Shown: positions 38,495-48,225, numbered from the stretch's first letter. The stretch is DNA of 64,000 nucleotides from an uncultured Actinomycetes bacterium (GCA_963841735.1 CAWJDT010000001.1:1312001-1376000), one strand, 5' to 3'. The notes: generated by a model not told the origin, from the letters alone. Program-made: numbers and translations.

Positions 38495-39702
38495 AGCTTG
38501 TTCCCTATCCAGACGGGCCCATCTTGCAGCGTGCCATTGACGGCGGCGCGCAGGGTGTCGGTGAGGTCGGGGGTGCGGATGTCGCGGCCGCCGATGCCGG
38601 CGATGAGGCCCTTGACTGGGGGCGCCGCGCTGCCGCCGGCGGCGCGGCTCAGCAGTTGCCCGTAGAGGGCGGCCTTGACGTCGGAGCAGAGGGCTCCCTC
38701 GTAGCCATAGGAGAGAGCCTTTTCTATGACAAACACCCCCTGGGCATGCCGCACGGCCTGGGCCAGGGCCTCGTCGGGGAAGGGCCGGTAGAGCCTCACT
38801 CCTAGCACGCCCAGCTTGAGCCCCTCGGCCCGCAGGGTCTCGACCACGTCGCGCAACTGGTAGGTGAGCGAGCCAAGGCCGACGACGATGTACTCGGCGT
38901 CGTCACAGCGGTAGGGCTCCAGAAGGGCGTCGCCGCCCCGGCCGAAGACCGCCTTGAAGTCATCTTCAACCTGTTGGGCGACGGTGAGGGCGCCGCGCAG
39001 GTCTTCCTGCAACAGATAGCGGATCTCCATGTAGCCGTGGGCCATCTCGCCCGTGGTGTCCATGCGCACGTCGGGCAGGGTGACGGTATTGAGGTTGGCC
39101 GGATTGGCGGGATCTAGAGCATAGGAGGGCTTGAATGGCTTCAGGAAGCGAGAGACATTCTCGGCCTCTGGAACCTCGAAAGGCATGTAGGTGTGCGAGA
39201 GCAGATAGCCGTCGTAGCAGACCATGACGGGGATGCTCACGGTCTCGGCCAGGGCGAAGGCTTTGAGTACGGTGTCGATGATCTGCTGGTGATCGCAGCA
39301 GTACATCTGGATCCAGCCGGTGTCGCGCTGCGAGATGGAGTCTTGGTGGTCGTTCCAGATGCACCACGGGGCTCCCACGGCGCGGTTGACCACGCACATC
39401 ACCAGGGGGAGCCTGGCGCCCGCCGCCCAGTGGATCTGCTCGTGCATGTAGAGCAGGCCGTTGGCGCTGGTGGCGGTAAACGCCCGCGCGCCCGTGGAAC
39501 TCGCGGCGATGCAGGCCGCCAAGGCGGAGTGTTCGCTCTCCACGGGGATGTACTGTGCCTTCATCTCGCCGGCCTCGATGAGTTCCGAGAGTTTCTCGGT
39601 GAGGGGGGTCTGTGGGGTGATGGGGTAGGCTGCGATAACCTGGGCTTGGGCCAGCTTGACCCCCAAGGCCGCCGCGACGTTGCCGTTCTCGATTATGTGC
39701 AT
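38491..39702 (-). CDS. porA: Pyruvate/2-oxoacid:ferredoxin oxidoreductase alpha subunit
   Basis: AYPITPQT, ESEHSA and YRPFP. Confidence 0.92.
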   Translation of the reverse strand: MHIIENGNVAAALGVKLAQAQVIAAYPITPQTPLTEKLSELIEAGEMKAQYIPVESEHSALAACIAASSTGARAFTATSANGLLYMHEQIHWAAGARLPLVMCVVNRAVGAPWCIWNDHQDSISQRDTGWIQMYCCDHQQIIDTVLKAFALAETVSIPVMVCYDGYLLSHTYMPFEVPEAENVSRFLKPFKPSYALDPANPANLNTVTLPDVRMDTTGEMAHGYMEIRYLLQEDLRGALTVAQQVEDDFKAVFGRGGDALLEPYRCDDAEYIVVGLGSLTYQLRDVVETLRAEGLKLGVLGVRLYRPFPDEALAQAVRHAQGVFVIEKALSYGYEGALCSDVKAALYGQLLSRAAGGSAAPPVKGLIAGIGGRDIRTPDLTDTLRAAVNGTLQDGPVWIGNKL

Positions 39703-40071
39703 GGCCGCGGTCCTTCGGTTGAGCAGGCTTCGGGGATGTCGGCGCCCTCGGCGGGTAGCGCGGCGCCGTCACCGGCGCCGTCGGCGGCGGCCTCGTCGAC
39801 CATGGTGATGGCCTTGGTGGGGCACTCCTCGGCGCAGATGGCGCAGCCCTTGCAGTACTCGTAGTCGATGGTGGGCGGGAATGGTGCGCGAGATCACGCA
39901 GTCGGGGCAGTAGAGCCAGCAGATGAAGCAGGCCTCGGTGCCCCGCTTGGCCGGGGTGCAGCGTTCCAGGTCGATGACCGGGCGCTGGACGCGCCAGGAG
40001 CCGGTCTTGCCGCCGTCGCCGGGGCCGGACAGGCTGTGTGAAGTCTTGAACCGGTATTCTCGGGTGCCCAT
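39693..40071 (-). CDS. porD: POR delta subunit (frameshift near 39876)
   Basis: KTGSWR..RPVID..C..C.LYCPD; the alternative frame gives DYEYCKGCAICAEECP. Confidence 0.85.
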
Positions 40072-40694
40072 CAGTCGCCTCCGCCGGCGGGCTTCGCGCC
40101 GCCGCCTGTGTCGCCGCCGGCCGCGCCGCCCGCGCCGGCCGCGTCGCCGCCGCTCACGGTCGTCTTGCCGTAGGCCAGCCGGGCGGCCTGGGAGTTGGCT
40201 TGCGGCCGCTTAGTCTTGAACTCGGCCTCGATCTCGGCGAGCACCAGGTCGAACGGCACGATGTCGAACGCCCGGCACAGCGATCCGATGATGCCTGAGT
40301 TCACTACACCGCGTGGCAGCCCCGCCTCGACGGCCAAGGTGGTGACGTCGGCCACGGCCAGCCGCATGCCGGCGAAGTCATAGGCCGAAGCGGGCTTCGG
40401 GGTGTTCAGCACGATGAGCCCGCCGGGCTTCAGCCCGCTGGTGACATCCGCCTCGGTCAGAAGCAGATGGTCCAGTACCACCACGATGTCGGGAGTCTCG
40501 ATGGGAGAGATGTCGTAGATCTTCTCTTTGGATAGCTTGAGCGAGGTGAAGACCGGAGCTCCGCGCCTTTCGGTGCCGAACGTGGGGGCCATGACCACCC
40601 CGGTGTATCCGGACTTGAACGCCGCCGTGGCGAATATCTTCGCCGCGGTGATGGCGCCCTGCCCTCCTCTGCCGTGCCAACGTAACTCGATCAT
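40071..40694 (-). CDS. porC: POR gamma subunit
   Basis: HGRGGQG and FGTERRGAPV. Confidence 0.92.
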   Translation of the reverse strand: MIELRWHGRGGQGAITAAKIFATAAFKSGYTGVVMAPTFGTERRGAPVFTSLKLSKEKIYDISPIETPDIVVVLDHLLLTEADVTSGLKPGGLIVLNTPKPASAYDFAGMRLAVADVTTLAVEAGLPRGVVNSGIIGSLCRAFDIVPFDLVLAEIEAEFKTKRPQANSQAARLAYGKTTVSGGDAAGAGGAAGGDTGGGAKPAGGGD

Positions 40695-40848
40695 GCAGTC
40701 TTCCTACTGTGTCGCGAACGCGCGTGCGAGGTATTCTAACTTGCCTTCGGCATCCGCGGGGCTTTTTCGAACTGGTTTCAAGATGAAGCTCCGCCGCAAG
40801 GGACGCCTTGGGCATGCGCGAGAGAAGGATCGAGGGAGCGTGAATAGC

Positions 40849-41619
40849 ATGCATATCGACATCAAGACATCCGAGGGGGTGGCTCTCCTCACCATCAACC
40901 GGCCTGACGTGCTGAACGCCATGGACGGCGCTCTGCTCGATGAGTTGTCCGAGGCTCTGGAGCGGGTGCGGGAAGATGACGAGGTGCGGGTGCTCGTGAT
41001 CACGGGCAGCGGGCGGGCTTTCATAGCCGGCGCGGACATCGCTCACATGCGCACCCTCACTCCTCAGCAGGCCAAGGAGTGGTCGGAATTCGGCCAACGC
41101 ACGGTGGGCATGATCGAGAGCATGAAGAAGCCTGTCATCGCGGCCATCAACGGTTACGCGCTGGGCGGGGGCACCGAGTTGGCTCTGGCCTGCGATATCA
41201 GGGTGGCCTCCGACAAGGCCGTGTTCGGCCAGCCCGAGGTCAAGTTGGGCATGATCGCCGGATTCGGGGGTACGCAGCGGTTGCCCCGGCTGGTGGGCCC
41301 CGGCAGAGCCAAGGAGATGCTCTTCACCGGCGATCACTACGACGCCCAGGCGGCCTATCAGATGGGCTTGGTGAACAAAGTCGTCCCGGCGGATGAGCTC
41401 TTGGACTATTGCCTGGCTATGGCCAAGAGGATCGCCACTCGGGGTACGGAGGCCGTCAGTCTAAGCAAGGAAGCGGTGAACAAGGGTCTCGATCTAGCGT
41501 TGGAGCAGGCGCTCGAGTTGGAATCCGATTTGTATGGCGCGGTGTTCTCCAGCGGTGAACCCGTCGAGGGTTGTGGTGCGTTTCTAGAGAAAAGGGAGCC
41601 AAAGTGGACTTCGAGCTAA
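40849..41619 (+). CDS. crt: Enoyl-CoA hydratase (crotonase)
   Basis: AFIAGADI, GGGTE and QPEVKLG..GFGGTQRLPR. Confidence 0.9.
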   Translation: MHIDIKTSEGVALLTINRPDVLNAMDGALLDELSEALERVREDDEVRVLVITGSGRAFIAGADIAHMRTLTPQQAKEWSEFGQRTVGMIESMKKPVIAAINGYALGGGTELALACDIRVASDKAVFGQPEVKLGMIAGFGGTQRLPRLVGPGRAKEMLFTGDHYDAQAAYQMGLVNKVVPADELLDYCLAMAKRIATRGTEAVSLSKEAVNKGLDLALEQALELESDLYGAVFSSGEPVEGCGAFLEKREPKWTSS

Positions 41620-42743
41620 CAGAAGATCAACAGCTGATAAGGGATACGGTCAAGGACTTCGCCGACCGGGTAGTCGCGCCGCGGGCGGCCGAGATCGACA
41701 AGACCGGCGATTTTCCCGTGGACATCCTGGGTCAGATGGCAGAGCTCGGGCTGATGGGTCTGCCCATAGCCGAGGAATACGGGGGATCGGGCGCCGACTA
41801 CCTGAGCTACTGCATGGCGCTGGAAGAGATCAGCCGGGCCTGCGGGTCCACCGGACTCACCTATGAGGCGCACATCTCGTTGGGCTGCATGCCTATCTAC
41901 TACTTTGGCACCGAGGAGCAGAAGAAAGAGTACCTGCCGCAGCTCTGCAGTGGGGAGAGCATGGGGTCGTTCGGCCTAACCGAGCCGGAGGCCGGCTCCG
42001 ACGCCGGCGGCACCAAGACCACCGCCGTCTTGGACAACGGCGAGTGGGTGATCAACGGCGGCAAGTGCTTCATCACCAACGCCAGCTACGCCAAGTTCGT
42101 CACCATCACGGCCCTCACCGACAAGGGCCAGGGCACCCGCGGCATCAGCGACATCATCGTGCCCACGGACGCGCCGGGTTTCACCATCCGAGCGGCCTAC
42201 GAGAAGATGGGTCTGCACGGCTCCAACACGACCGAGTTGACCTTCGACGGCGTGCGGGTGCCCGAGAAGAACCTGCTGGGCAAACGCGGCGAAGGTTTCA
42301 AACAGTTCCTCAAGGTGCTCGACGGTGGCCGCATCGCAATCGGTGCCATGGGAGTGGGCATCGCCCAGGCCTGTCTGGACGCCAGTCTCAAGTACGCCAA
42401 GGAACGCGTCCAGTTCGGTCAGTCCATCGGCAAGTTCCAGGCCATCCAGTTCAAGCTGGCCGACATGGCCATGAACATCGAGCTGGCGCGACTGATGTAC
42501 CAGAAGGCGGCTTGGCTGAAAGAGCAGGGCCGTCCCTACTCCAAAGAGGCCAACTACGCCAAGCTCTTTGGCTCGGAGATGTCCACCAAGGCGGCTCTGG
42601 AGGCCATCCAGATCCACGGCGGTTACGGGTACATGAAGGAATTCCCGGTGGAGCGCTACCTGCGCGACTCCAAGCTGCTGGAGATCGGCGAGGGCACCTC
42701 TGAGGTAATGCGCCTGGTGATCGCGAGGGGTCTGGGTTTGTAG
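41604..42743 (+). CDS. Acyl-CoA dehydrogenase (butyryl-CoA DH-like)
   Basis: LTEPEAGSD, KMGL, R.QFG, QIHGGYGY and IGEGTSE. Confidence 0.93.
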   Translation: MDFELTEDQQLIRDTVKDFADRVVAPRAAEIDKTGDFPVDILGQMAELGLMGLPIAEEYGGSGADYLSYCMALEEISRACGSTGLTYEAHISLGCMPIYYFGTEEQKKEYLPQLCSGESMGSFGLTEPEAGSDAGGTKTTAVLDNGEWVINGGKCFITNASYAKFVTITALTDKGQGTRGISDIIVPTDAPGFTIRAAYEKMGLHGSNTTELTFDGVRVPEKNLLGKRGEGFKQFLKVLDGGRIAIGAMGVGIAQACLDASLKYAKERVQFGQSIGKFQAIQFKLADMAMNIELARLMYQKAAWLKEQGRPYSKEANYAKLFGSEMSTKAALEAIQIHGGYGYMKEFPVERYLRDSKLLEIGEGTSEVMRLVIARGLGL

Positions 42744-42769
42744 CGTGCACACGGCAAGGAGGCGTTGAA

Positions 42770-43213
42770 ATGGCTGAGCAAGTGAAGTTCTACCCCGCGT
42801 ACTGGGGCGGGAAGAAGCTGTGCTATCCCAACGTTCCCGCGGAGGCGCCCAAGTTCGCCAATTCCGTCGTGGCCGGCAACCTCATCTTCGTCTCGGGGTG
42901 CCAGGGCCAGAACGACGAGACCGTGAGTGTCGATACCGACGTCTTCGAGGAACAGATGATCATCGCCCTCGACAAGGTGCGGCACTGCATGGAAGAGGCG
43001 GGCAGCAGTATGAACAACGTCATCAAGACGCTCATCATGCTCAAGAATGTCCAAGACTACCCGCGTATGCGCAAGACCGAGCTGGAGTACTACCAGAAAC
43101 ACGCACCCCTGCTTGTGGAGGATCCACCGGCCAGTACCTTCATGGTGGTGGGTCTCGCCAAGCCGGAGTTTCTGATAGAGATCGACGTGGTAGGGGTGGT
43201 CTCCAGGGGCTGA
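42770..43213 (+). CDS. RidA/YjgF family protein
   Basis: LIFVSG.QG, PPAST and LIEID. Confidence 0.85.
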   Translation: MAEQVKFYPAYWGGKKLCYPNVPAEAPKFANSVVAGNLIFVSGCQGQNDETVSVDTDVFEEQMIIALDKVRHCMEEAGSSMNNVIKTLIMLKNVQDYPRMRKTELEYYQKHAPLLVEDPPASTFMVVGLAKPEFLIEIDVVGVVSRG

Positions 43214-43238
43214 CCGCCTGCCCGCCTGCCGATGCCGG

Positions 43239-43661
43239 CTAGAGTTCCGTCAGCAGCTTTACGACGGTCTTCTCGTCGTCGGCCGTGTCCACCCCGATAT
43301 GCGCGACGAACTTGGTGCCCAGACCGGCAGCGGAAAAGCCGCGCATGTTGACTCCGGCATCTCCAATGGCCCCCGCAAGGGCGGCTGCGACTCCGGGCTC
43401 GTTGGGCCCCTCTACGCGAACCGAGTGCAGCCTGGAGGTGACGGCAAACCCGACTGCCGCCGCCGCCTGGATCTCGCGGTCGCCTCGGAGTGGGGTCACG
43501 AAGATGACGCCGGTGCCGGACTTCTCGGGTGCGCGCCGCACTATGACGAAGTCGAGATCCACGCCGGCGGCGTTCAGCGCCGACAGCACAAGTGCCAACG
43601 CCCCCGGCTTGTCATTCATGCTCGCCGCCCAGACGTCCTCTCTCTCCACGAGCAAGTCCAT
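43239..43661 (-). CDS. Tandem ACT-domain protein
   Basis: DKPGALA and NEPGVAA ACT motifs. Confidence 0.85.
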   Translation of the reverse strand: MDLLVEREDVWAASMNDKPGALALVLSALNAAGVDLDFVIVRRAPEKSGTGVIFVTPLRGDREIQAAAAVGFAVTSRLHSVRVEGPNEPGVAAALAGAIGDAGVNMRGFSAAGLGTKFVAHIGVDTADDEKTVVKLLTEL

Positions 43662-44120
43662 GATCACTCCTTCCCGCGTAGCCTGCATGGATTCTCAAGC
43701 CAGAGACTACCCACATCCCTCGGGCCTCATTCGCGCGGTCAGAAAGTCACGACTTCGGCCTATCCCGGCGCCTGGGATACCGGACGGCATTCGAACCCAA
43801 GGCTAGGGCCCCAGCCCGCCCGCTCCTCAGCCGTCCACTTGCGCGAGGAGGCCAAGGGCCGCTTCCCTTTGTCTTGGAGCGCGTCTCGACGAGTGTCTTG
43901 CTGGCGTTTCGGGGAGGCCGACCCTCGCACGTCATCTTCGAACGTCGCATCTCCCCGAGGCTGTAATGTCAGGCGGAAGTGGCAAGGCGTGCCGCCCCGC
44001 CCCGCTTGACTCCCCGTGGGGCGGCATATACAGATGGGATGAGAAGGCCGACCTCCCCCGGAGTACCGTGAGGTCCCCAATCAGAGTCGGGCTCGTGGGC
44101 CCAAATGAAGGAGGCCAGCC

Positions 44121-45203
44121 ATGTGCGATGCTAGCACCACCGAGCAAGCGAAGGTGACCGTGGGTCTCGATCTGAGCGACCGTTGTTGTCAGATCTGTGT
44201 GCTCGACGAAGCGGGCGAGGTGACCGAGGAGGGCCGGGTGACGACCAAGCCGGAAGCCTTGCGTCGCCGCTTCTCCGGGGCGGATCCGCTACGCATCGTG
44301 ATCGAGGCCGGCACCCACTCCCCCTGGGTTAGCCGTCTGCTTTCCGAACTTGGACACGACGTTGTCGTGGCCAATCCCCGCAAGCTCCGCTTCATCTACC
44401 AGAACGACTCGAAGTCAGACCGGGTGGACGCCGAGTACCTGGCCCGGGTCGGTCGTCTGGACCCGGAGCTGCTGGCCCCCCTCACCCATCGGAGAGCCGA
44501 GACCCAGTCCGACCTCGCGCTTGTGCGCAGTCGCAATGCCCTGGTCAGGGCTCGCACCCGTCTGATCAGTCATGCCCGCGGCTGCACGAAGTCCTTGGGC
44601 AGCCGCCTGCCCACCTGCGCGAGCGACGTCTTTGCCCAAAAGGCCGGGCCGTGTGTCCCCGAGGAGCTTGCTCCCGCCCTGGCTCCGGTCCTCACCGTCA
44701 TCCAGAACATCTCCGATGAGATCCGCGCTCTCGATCAGAAGATCGAAGACATGGCCAAGGAGCGCTACCCAGAGACCGCGCTTCTCTCCCAGGTGCCCGG
44801 CGTGGGCACGCTTACGGCCACAGTCTATGTCCTTACCGTGGAAGATCCCGAGCGCTTCCCCAAGTGCCGCTCGGTGGGCTCGTATCTCGGCCTCAGGCCC
44901 CGGCAGGCAAGCTCCGGTTCCCTGGAGCCTCAGCTGCGCATCACCAAAGCCGGGGACGAGCACCTGCGCTGGCTCCTCGTGAGCGCCGCCCACTACATCC
45001 TCGGGCCCTTCGGCCCGGACTCGGATCTCAGGCGTTGGGGTCTTGCCTTGGCCGCGCAGGGCGGCAAGCGGGGCAAGAAGCGAGCGGTAGTGGCGGTGGC
45101 CCGCAAGCTCTCGGTGCTCCTCCTGCACCTCTGGAGGACCGGTGAGGTCTACGAGCCACTGCGCAACGTCCGGCTCCGCGGCGAGACTGCGCCCACCACC
45201 TAG
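44121..45203 (+). CDS. IS110-family DEDD recombinase/transposase
   Basis: GLDLS, IEAG, KSDRVDA (DEDD); VPGVG; GLRP..SSG; AVARKL. Confidence 0.95.
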   Translation: MCDASTTEQAKVTVGLDLSDRCCQICVLDEAGEVTEEGRVTTKPEALRRRFSGADPLRIVIEAGTHSPWVSRLLSELGHDVVVANPRKLRFIYQNDSKSDRVDAEYLARVGRLDPELLAPLTHRRAETQSDLALVRSRNALVRARTRLISHARGCTKSLGSRLPTCASDVFAQKAGPCVPEELAPALAPVLTVIQNISDEIRALDQKIEDMAKERYPETALLSQVPGVGTLTATVYVLTVEDPERFPKCRSVGSYLGLRPRQASSGSLEPQLRITKAGDEHLRWLLVSAAHYILGPFGPDSDLRRWGLALAAQGGKRGKKRAVVAVARKLSVLLLHLWRTGEVYEPLRNVRLRGETAPTT

Positions 45204-45568
45204 GAGCGGTGAAGATGAGAGATGCCGACGGGAAGGATCGATAACCAAGGAAGACCGGCGGGTGAACCCATCGCAGGAGACCAGCAAAAAGACCAACCGC
45301 CCAGGGTGAAAGCGACTGCGCACACAGACTCGGCCGTACAGAACGACACCAACCCGGTGCCGTCCCCAAGGCCGCTATACAGATAGCAGCGCTTCCCCCC
45401 GGCCGGACCCCAACGTGCACCGGGTCCCGCCATAGGTTCCCGACAAAAAGTGCGAATGGAAGCGTGGCCGTGGTCTTGGCTCTTCGCGGCGGAAGAGGGA
45501 TGATAGAAACCGAGCAGAGGAGGAAGAAGCAACCCAAGAATCGCTCTTGACACCGGCCGGCTTCTCAT
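45204..45568 (+). ncRNA. Putative bridge/seek RNA region
   Basis: Contains 6-7 nt segments matching both target arms and both donor arms of this element (see findings). Confidence 0.6.
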
Positions 45569-45572
45569 GGAA

Positions 45573-45675
45573 GTCTGCATAACCCCAAGACCGCGCGAGC
45601 GTCTTGGGCCCAGAAACCGCTCGGCAGGCCGACCAGGGGGGCCGTTTTGAGATTCGCACCCGGAGTTATGCAGAC
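45573..45675. repeat. 103-bp element bounded by 11-bp inverted repeats (MITE-like or attC-like)
   Basis: GTCTGCATAAC at 45573 and GTTATGCAGAC ending at 45675. Confidence 0.5.
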
Positions 45676-45837
45676 ACCCTGGTGCTTCGTCGGTCTATTT
45701 GGGCAGACTGGATAAGCATTGTTGGGCAGACGCTCGGGACTGTGCCGAGAAACGGACCCGTGTTCATGGAACGACCCCATGAACCAGGATGGACTGGACT
45801 GATGCGTAGACACGTCAAGATGAGAGGGACTACCACG

Positions 45838-46341
45838 GTGAAACCGGCGAACGGAGAAGGACCTTGGTTCACTGAGCTGGATGAAGGTTCGCCCCTCTTC
45901 CTCGAGGCCGTCCGACGGGCCAGGGCGACCGCCCCGTCATTCATCCAGGCCTACACCGCGAAGAAGTACCCAGAGGCTGCTTTCCTCATAAAGGTCCCCT
46001 TCGACAGGATGGGCCCCGAAGGTCGCTGCAGAGTCCGGAGCGCAGACGATGCAGGAGCACTCGGCGAGGCCTACATGCATCTCTGGATGCTTGTGCACGA
46101 CGCGCTCGATGATCTTCTGTTTGCACACACCTTCGAGTTCCCAGAGGGCTTGGTCGGCCTTGACGTCGGCCAAACCTATGTGATAGGCCCAGACAGAATC
46201 GAAGACTGGATGATCAATGAGCAGGGAGTCGTGTTCGGTGCCTTCACTCTGAGGCTCCAAAGGGACGCGCTTCCCGAAGCCGAGCGGCCACGCTTTGATG
46301 CTCACACTGGCATCGTGCGCTTTTCCGACGAGCTGCCGTGA
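45838..46341 (+). CDS. DUF2314-like cassette protein
   Basis: AVRRARAT..F; HLWM; IEDWMI...G.FT; bounded by GTTGGGC (45721) and an attC. Confidence 0.7.
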   Translation: MKPANGEGPWFTELDEGSPLFLEAVRRARATAPSFIQAYTAKKYPEAAFLIKVPFDRMGPEGRCRVRSADDAGALGEAYMHLWMLVHDALDDLLFAHTFEFPEGLVGLDVGQTYVIGPDRIEDWMINEQGVVFGAFTLRLQRDALPEAERPRFDAHTGIVRFSDELP

Positions 46342-46367
46342 AGGGCTGAACTGCTCGATGCCTCGCT

Positions 46368-46428
46368 GCCCAACAAGCCGGTGCAACGGACGCCCTTCGG
46401 GCGCCGCTGACCGGCTGAGACGTTAGCC
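46368..46428 (+). repeat. attC site 1
   Basis: GCCCAAC...CGCCC-TTC-GGGCG...GTTAGCC imperfect palindrome, 61 bp. Confidence 0.85.
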
Positions 46429-46484
46429 GCACTCGTCCCAAGGTTGCATGTGTACGTGTCCGATTCGCGAGGTATCATCAAGCC

Positions 46485-46697
46485 ATGAGCATGCCTGCTA
46501 TCGATATCAACGCCATGGAGCCCGAAGAGCGTCTGCGACTCATCGGTGATCTCTGGGACTCCCTCACTGAGAGCCAGGAGGACGTCGGCCTTACGCCGGG
46601 TCAGCGCGCTGAACTCGACCGTCGCCTAGACAGACTGGAGTCTGGTAAGGCGAAGCTAGTGTCTTGGGACGAGCTCAAGGCGCGACTTGTCGGCTGA
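46485..46697 (+). CDS. Addiction-module antitoxin (TIGR02574-like)
   Basis: ERLRLIGDLWDSL...ELDRRL...SWDE. Confidence 0.88.
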   Translation: MSMPAIDINAMEPEERLRLIGDLWDSLTESQEDVGLTPGQRAELDRRLDRLESGKAKLVSWDELKARLVG

Positions 46698-47001
46698 GCC
46701 GGCTCGTGCGGTCTGGCTTCTCGATGAGGCGGAAGACGATATCGCCGCCGCGTTCGAATGGTATGAATCCAGACGTCTCGGGCTTGGTGCGGAGTTCATA
46801 CACGCAGTCGACGGGGTGCTTGTCTCGTTGCTTGACTTCCCAGAATCACGCGAGGCCGTCCACCGGAGTACTCGCCGCTGTCTCGTGGGGAGATTCCCTT
46901 TCGAGATCTTCTACCGCTTGGAGCCGGGTCTTCTGGTCGTCGTCGCGTGCATGCACGCTGCTCGCGATCCCAAGGCTGTGCTTAGGCGTATCGGCGGCTA
47001 A
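46687..47001 (+). CDS. RelE/ParE-family toxin
   Basis: EAEDDI....WYE...GLG.EF; RFPF.IFY; H.ARDP. Confidence 0.88.
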   Translation: MSAEPARAVWLLDEAEDDIAAAFEWYESRRLGLGAEFIHAVDGVLVSLLDFPESREAVHRSTRRCLVGRFPFEIFYRLEPGLLVVVACMHAARDPKAVLRRIGG

Positions 47002-47056
47002 CAAGTCGGTGCAGCAGACGCCCTTCGGGCGCGGCTGACGCGCTGAGTCGTTGGCG
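46996..47056 (+). repeat. attC site 2
   Basis: GGCTAAC...GTTGGCG, 61 bp, very similar to attC1; overlaps the toxin stop codon. Confidence 0.85.
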
Positions 47057-47074
47057 ACATCTTCGGGAGGTCAG

Positions 47075-47506
47075 ATGGAGCCGCGGATCAGCATCGTTTC
47101 GCTTGGCGTTGACGACTTGCCTCGCGCGATTCGCTTCTACCGTGATGGGTTGGGTCTGCCCACATCGGCGGCTGACGACGCGAGCATTGCGTTCTTTCAG
47201 ACTTGGGGCACGTGCTTCGCGTTGTATCCAAGAGACGGCCTCGCGGCTGACATCTCCTCCGACCTTGCGTCCGCGGCTTCACCGTTCTCGGGCGTGACGC
47301 TCGCGTACGTGGCGCGTTCCGTGCAGGAGGTCGATGACACGCTGGCGTTGGCAGAGCGTGCCGGCGGCACGATTGCCAAGCCTGCGCAGAAGGTGTTTTG
47401 GGGCGGATACAGCGGCTACTTCAGGGATCCAGATGGACACTACTGGGAGGTTGCGTACTGGGACGAGTGGGTGTTCAAGTCTGACGGAAGTCTGGTCATC
47501 GAGTAG
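47075..47506 (+). CDS. VOC/glyoxalase-family protein
   Basis: ISIVSLGV..L.RAIRFY; FWGGYSGYFRDPDGHYWEVA. Confidence 0.92.
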   Translation: MEPRISIVSLGVDDLPRAIRFYRDGLGLPTSAADDASIAFFQTWGTCFALYPRDGLAADISSDLASAASPFSGVTLAYVARSVQEVDDTLALAERAGGTIAKPAQKVFWGGYSGYFRDPDGHYWEVAYWDEWVFKSDGSLVIE

Positions 47507-47507
47507 T

Positions 47508-47686
47508 CGCTAACGAGCGCGATGCCGCGCCCAAAACAGTCCCGATGCGGCCGGGTCATCGAAGCCGACTTCGGAGCCCATTGCGTGGCGGTTGCGGTGT
47601 AGGATTGATATAGGAGCAACAGCCGACTTCCTGCGTTGTCATATATCACGGCCGACGGGCGCGGCTGACCGGCATGAACGTTGGGT
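47508..47686 (+). repeat. attC site 3 (interrupted or degenerate)
   Basis: CGCTAAC at 47508; right half CGGGCGCGGCTGACCGGC...GTTGGGT matches attC1/2. Confidence 0.6.
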
Positions 47687-47705
47687 GCAGAATGTTGGAG
47701 CGGAT

Positions 47706-48225
47706 ATGCAGATGATAACTGGAAGCTGTTTGTGCGGTCATATTGCATACGAGTACACAGGGGAGCCTGGCCCTTCAAGTTATTGCCATTGTTCGGACTG
47801 CAGGAAAGTAACAGGAACTGCCTTTATGGTAAGCGTTCGTTTTGAAGCAAGATTCTTTAGAATCACTACCGGCAATAATACTAAGAGCTATACCAAAATC
47901 GCTGACAGCGGCAATAGCATTACAAGGGACTTTTGTCCAAATTGTGGTTCTCCGATTTTCACAGCATCACCACACTGACCCGGAATATATCTGGGTAAGA
48001 GCAGGTACTTTGGACGATTCAAGCTTTATCAAGCCGGCCCATCAAAGCTGGACTGATTCAAAAGTCGAGTGGGCTGATATTCCGGACGATATAGAAAGCT
48101 TTCGAAAAGGTCGTCCACAAGACGGAGTTATCACCCAACACCGGCATCAAGACCGACCGCTATCGCGGCGGTCTATGGTATGCGTTAGGCAGGCTCGTGC
48201 GACGCTTCAATGCTCTGAGGTCTAG
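47706..48225 (+). CDS. GFA-family (Mss4-like) protein, AT-rich, frameshift near 47975
   Basis: GSCLCG..CHCSDCRK..FCPNCGS; continues as VRAGTLDD..W.D.K..W in another frame. Confidence 0.82.
48133..48190 (+). repeat. attC site 4
   Basis: ACCCAAC...GACCG.CCGC-TATC-GCGGCGGTC...GTTAGGC, 58 bp. Confidence 0.8.

Larger units (their letters stand above)
44032..45573 (+). mobile_element. IS110-family (IS1111-type) insertion sequence
   Basis: Subterminal IRs ATGAGAAG (44039) and CTTCTCAT (ending 45568); AG core at both ends; about 370 bp of 3' non-coding end containing TTGACA. Confidence 0.85.

Noticed and set aside
46368-47056. The 61-bp repeats as terminators or REP elements
   Set aside because: AAC/GTT core sites and cassette-wise complementarity fit attC better, and there are no U-tails.
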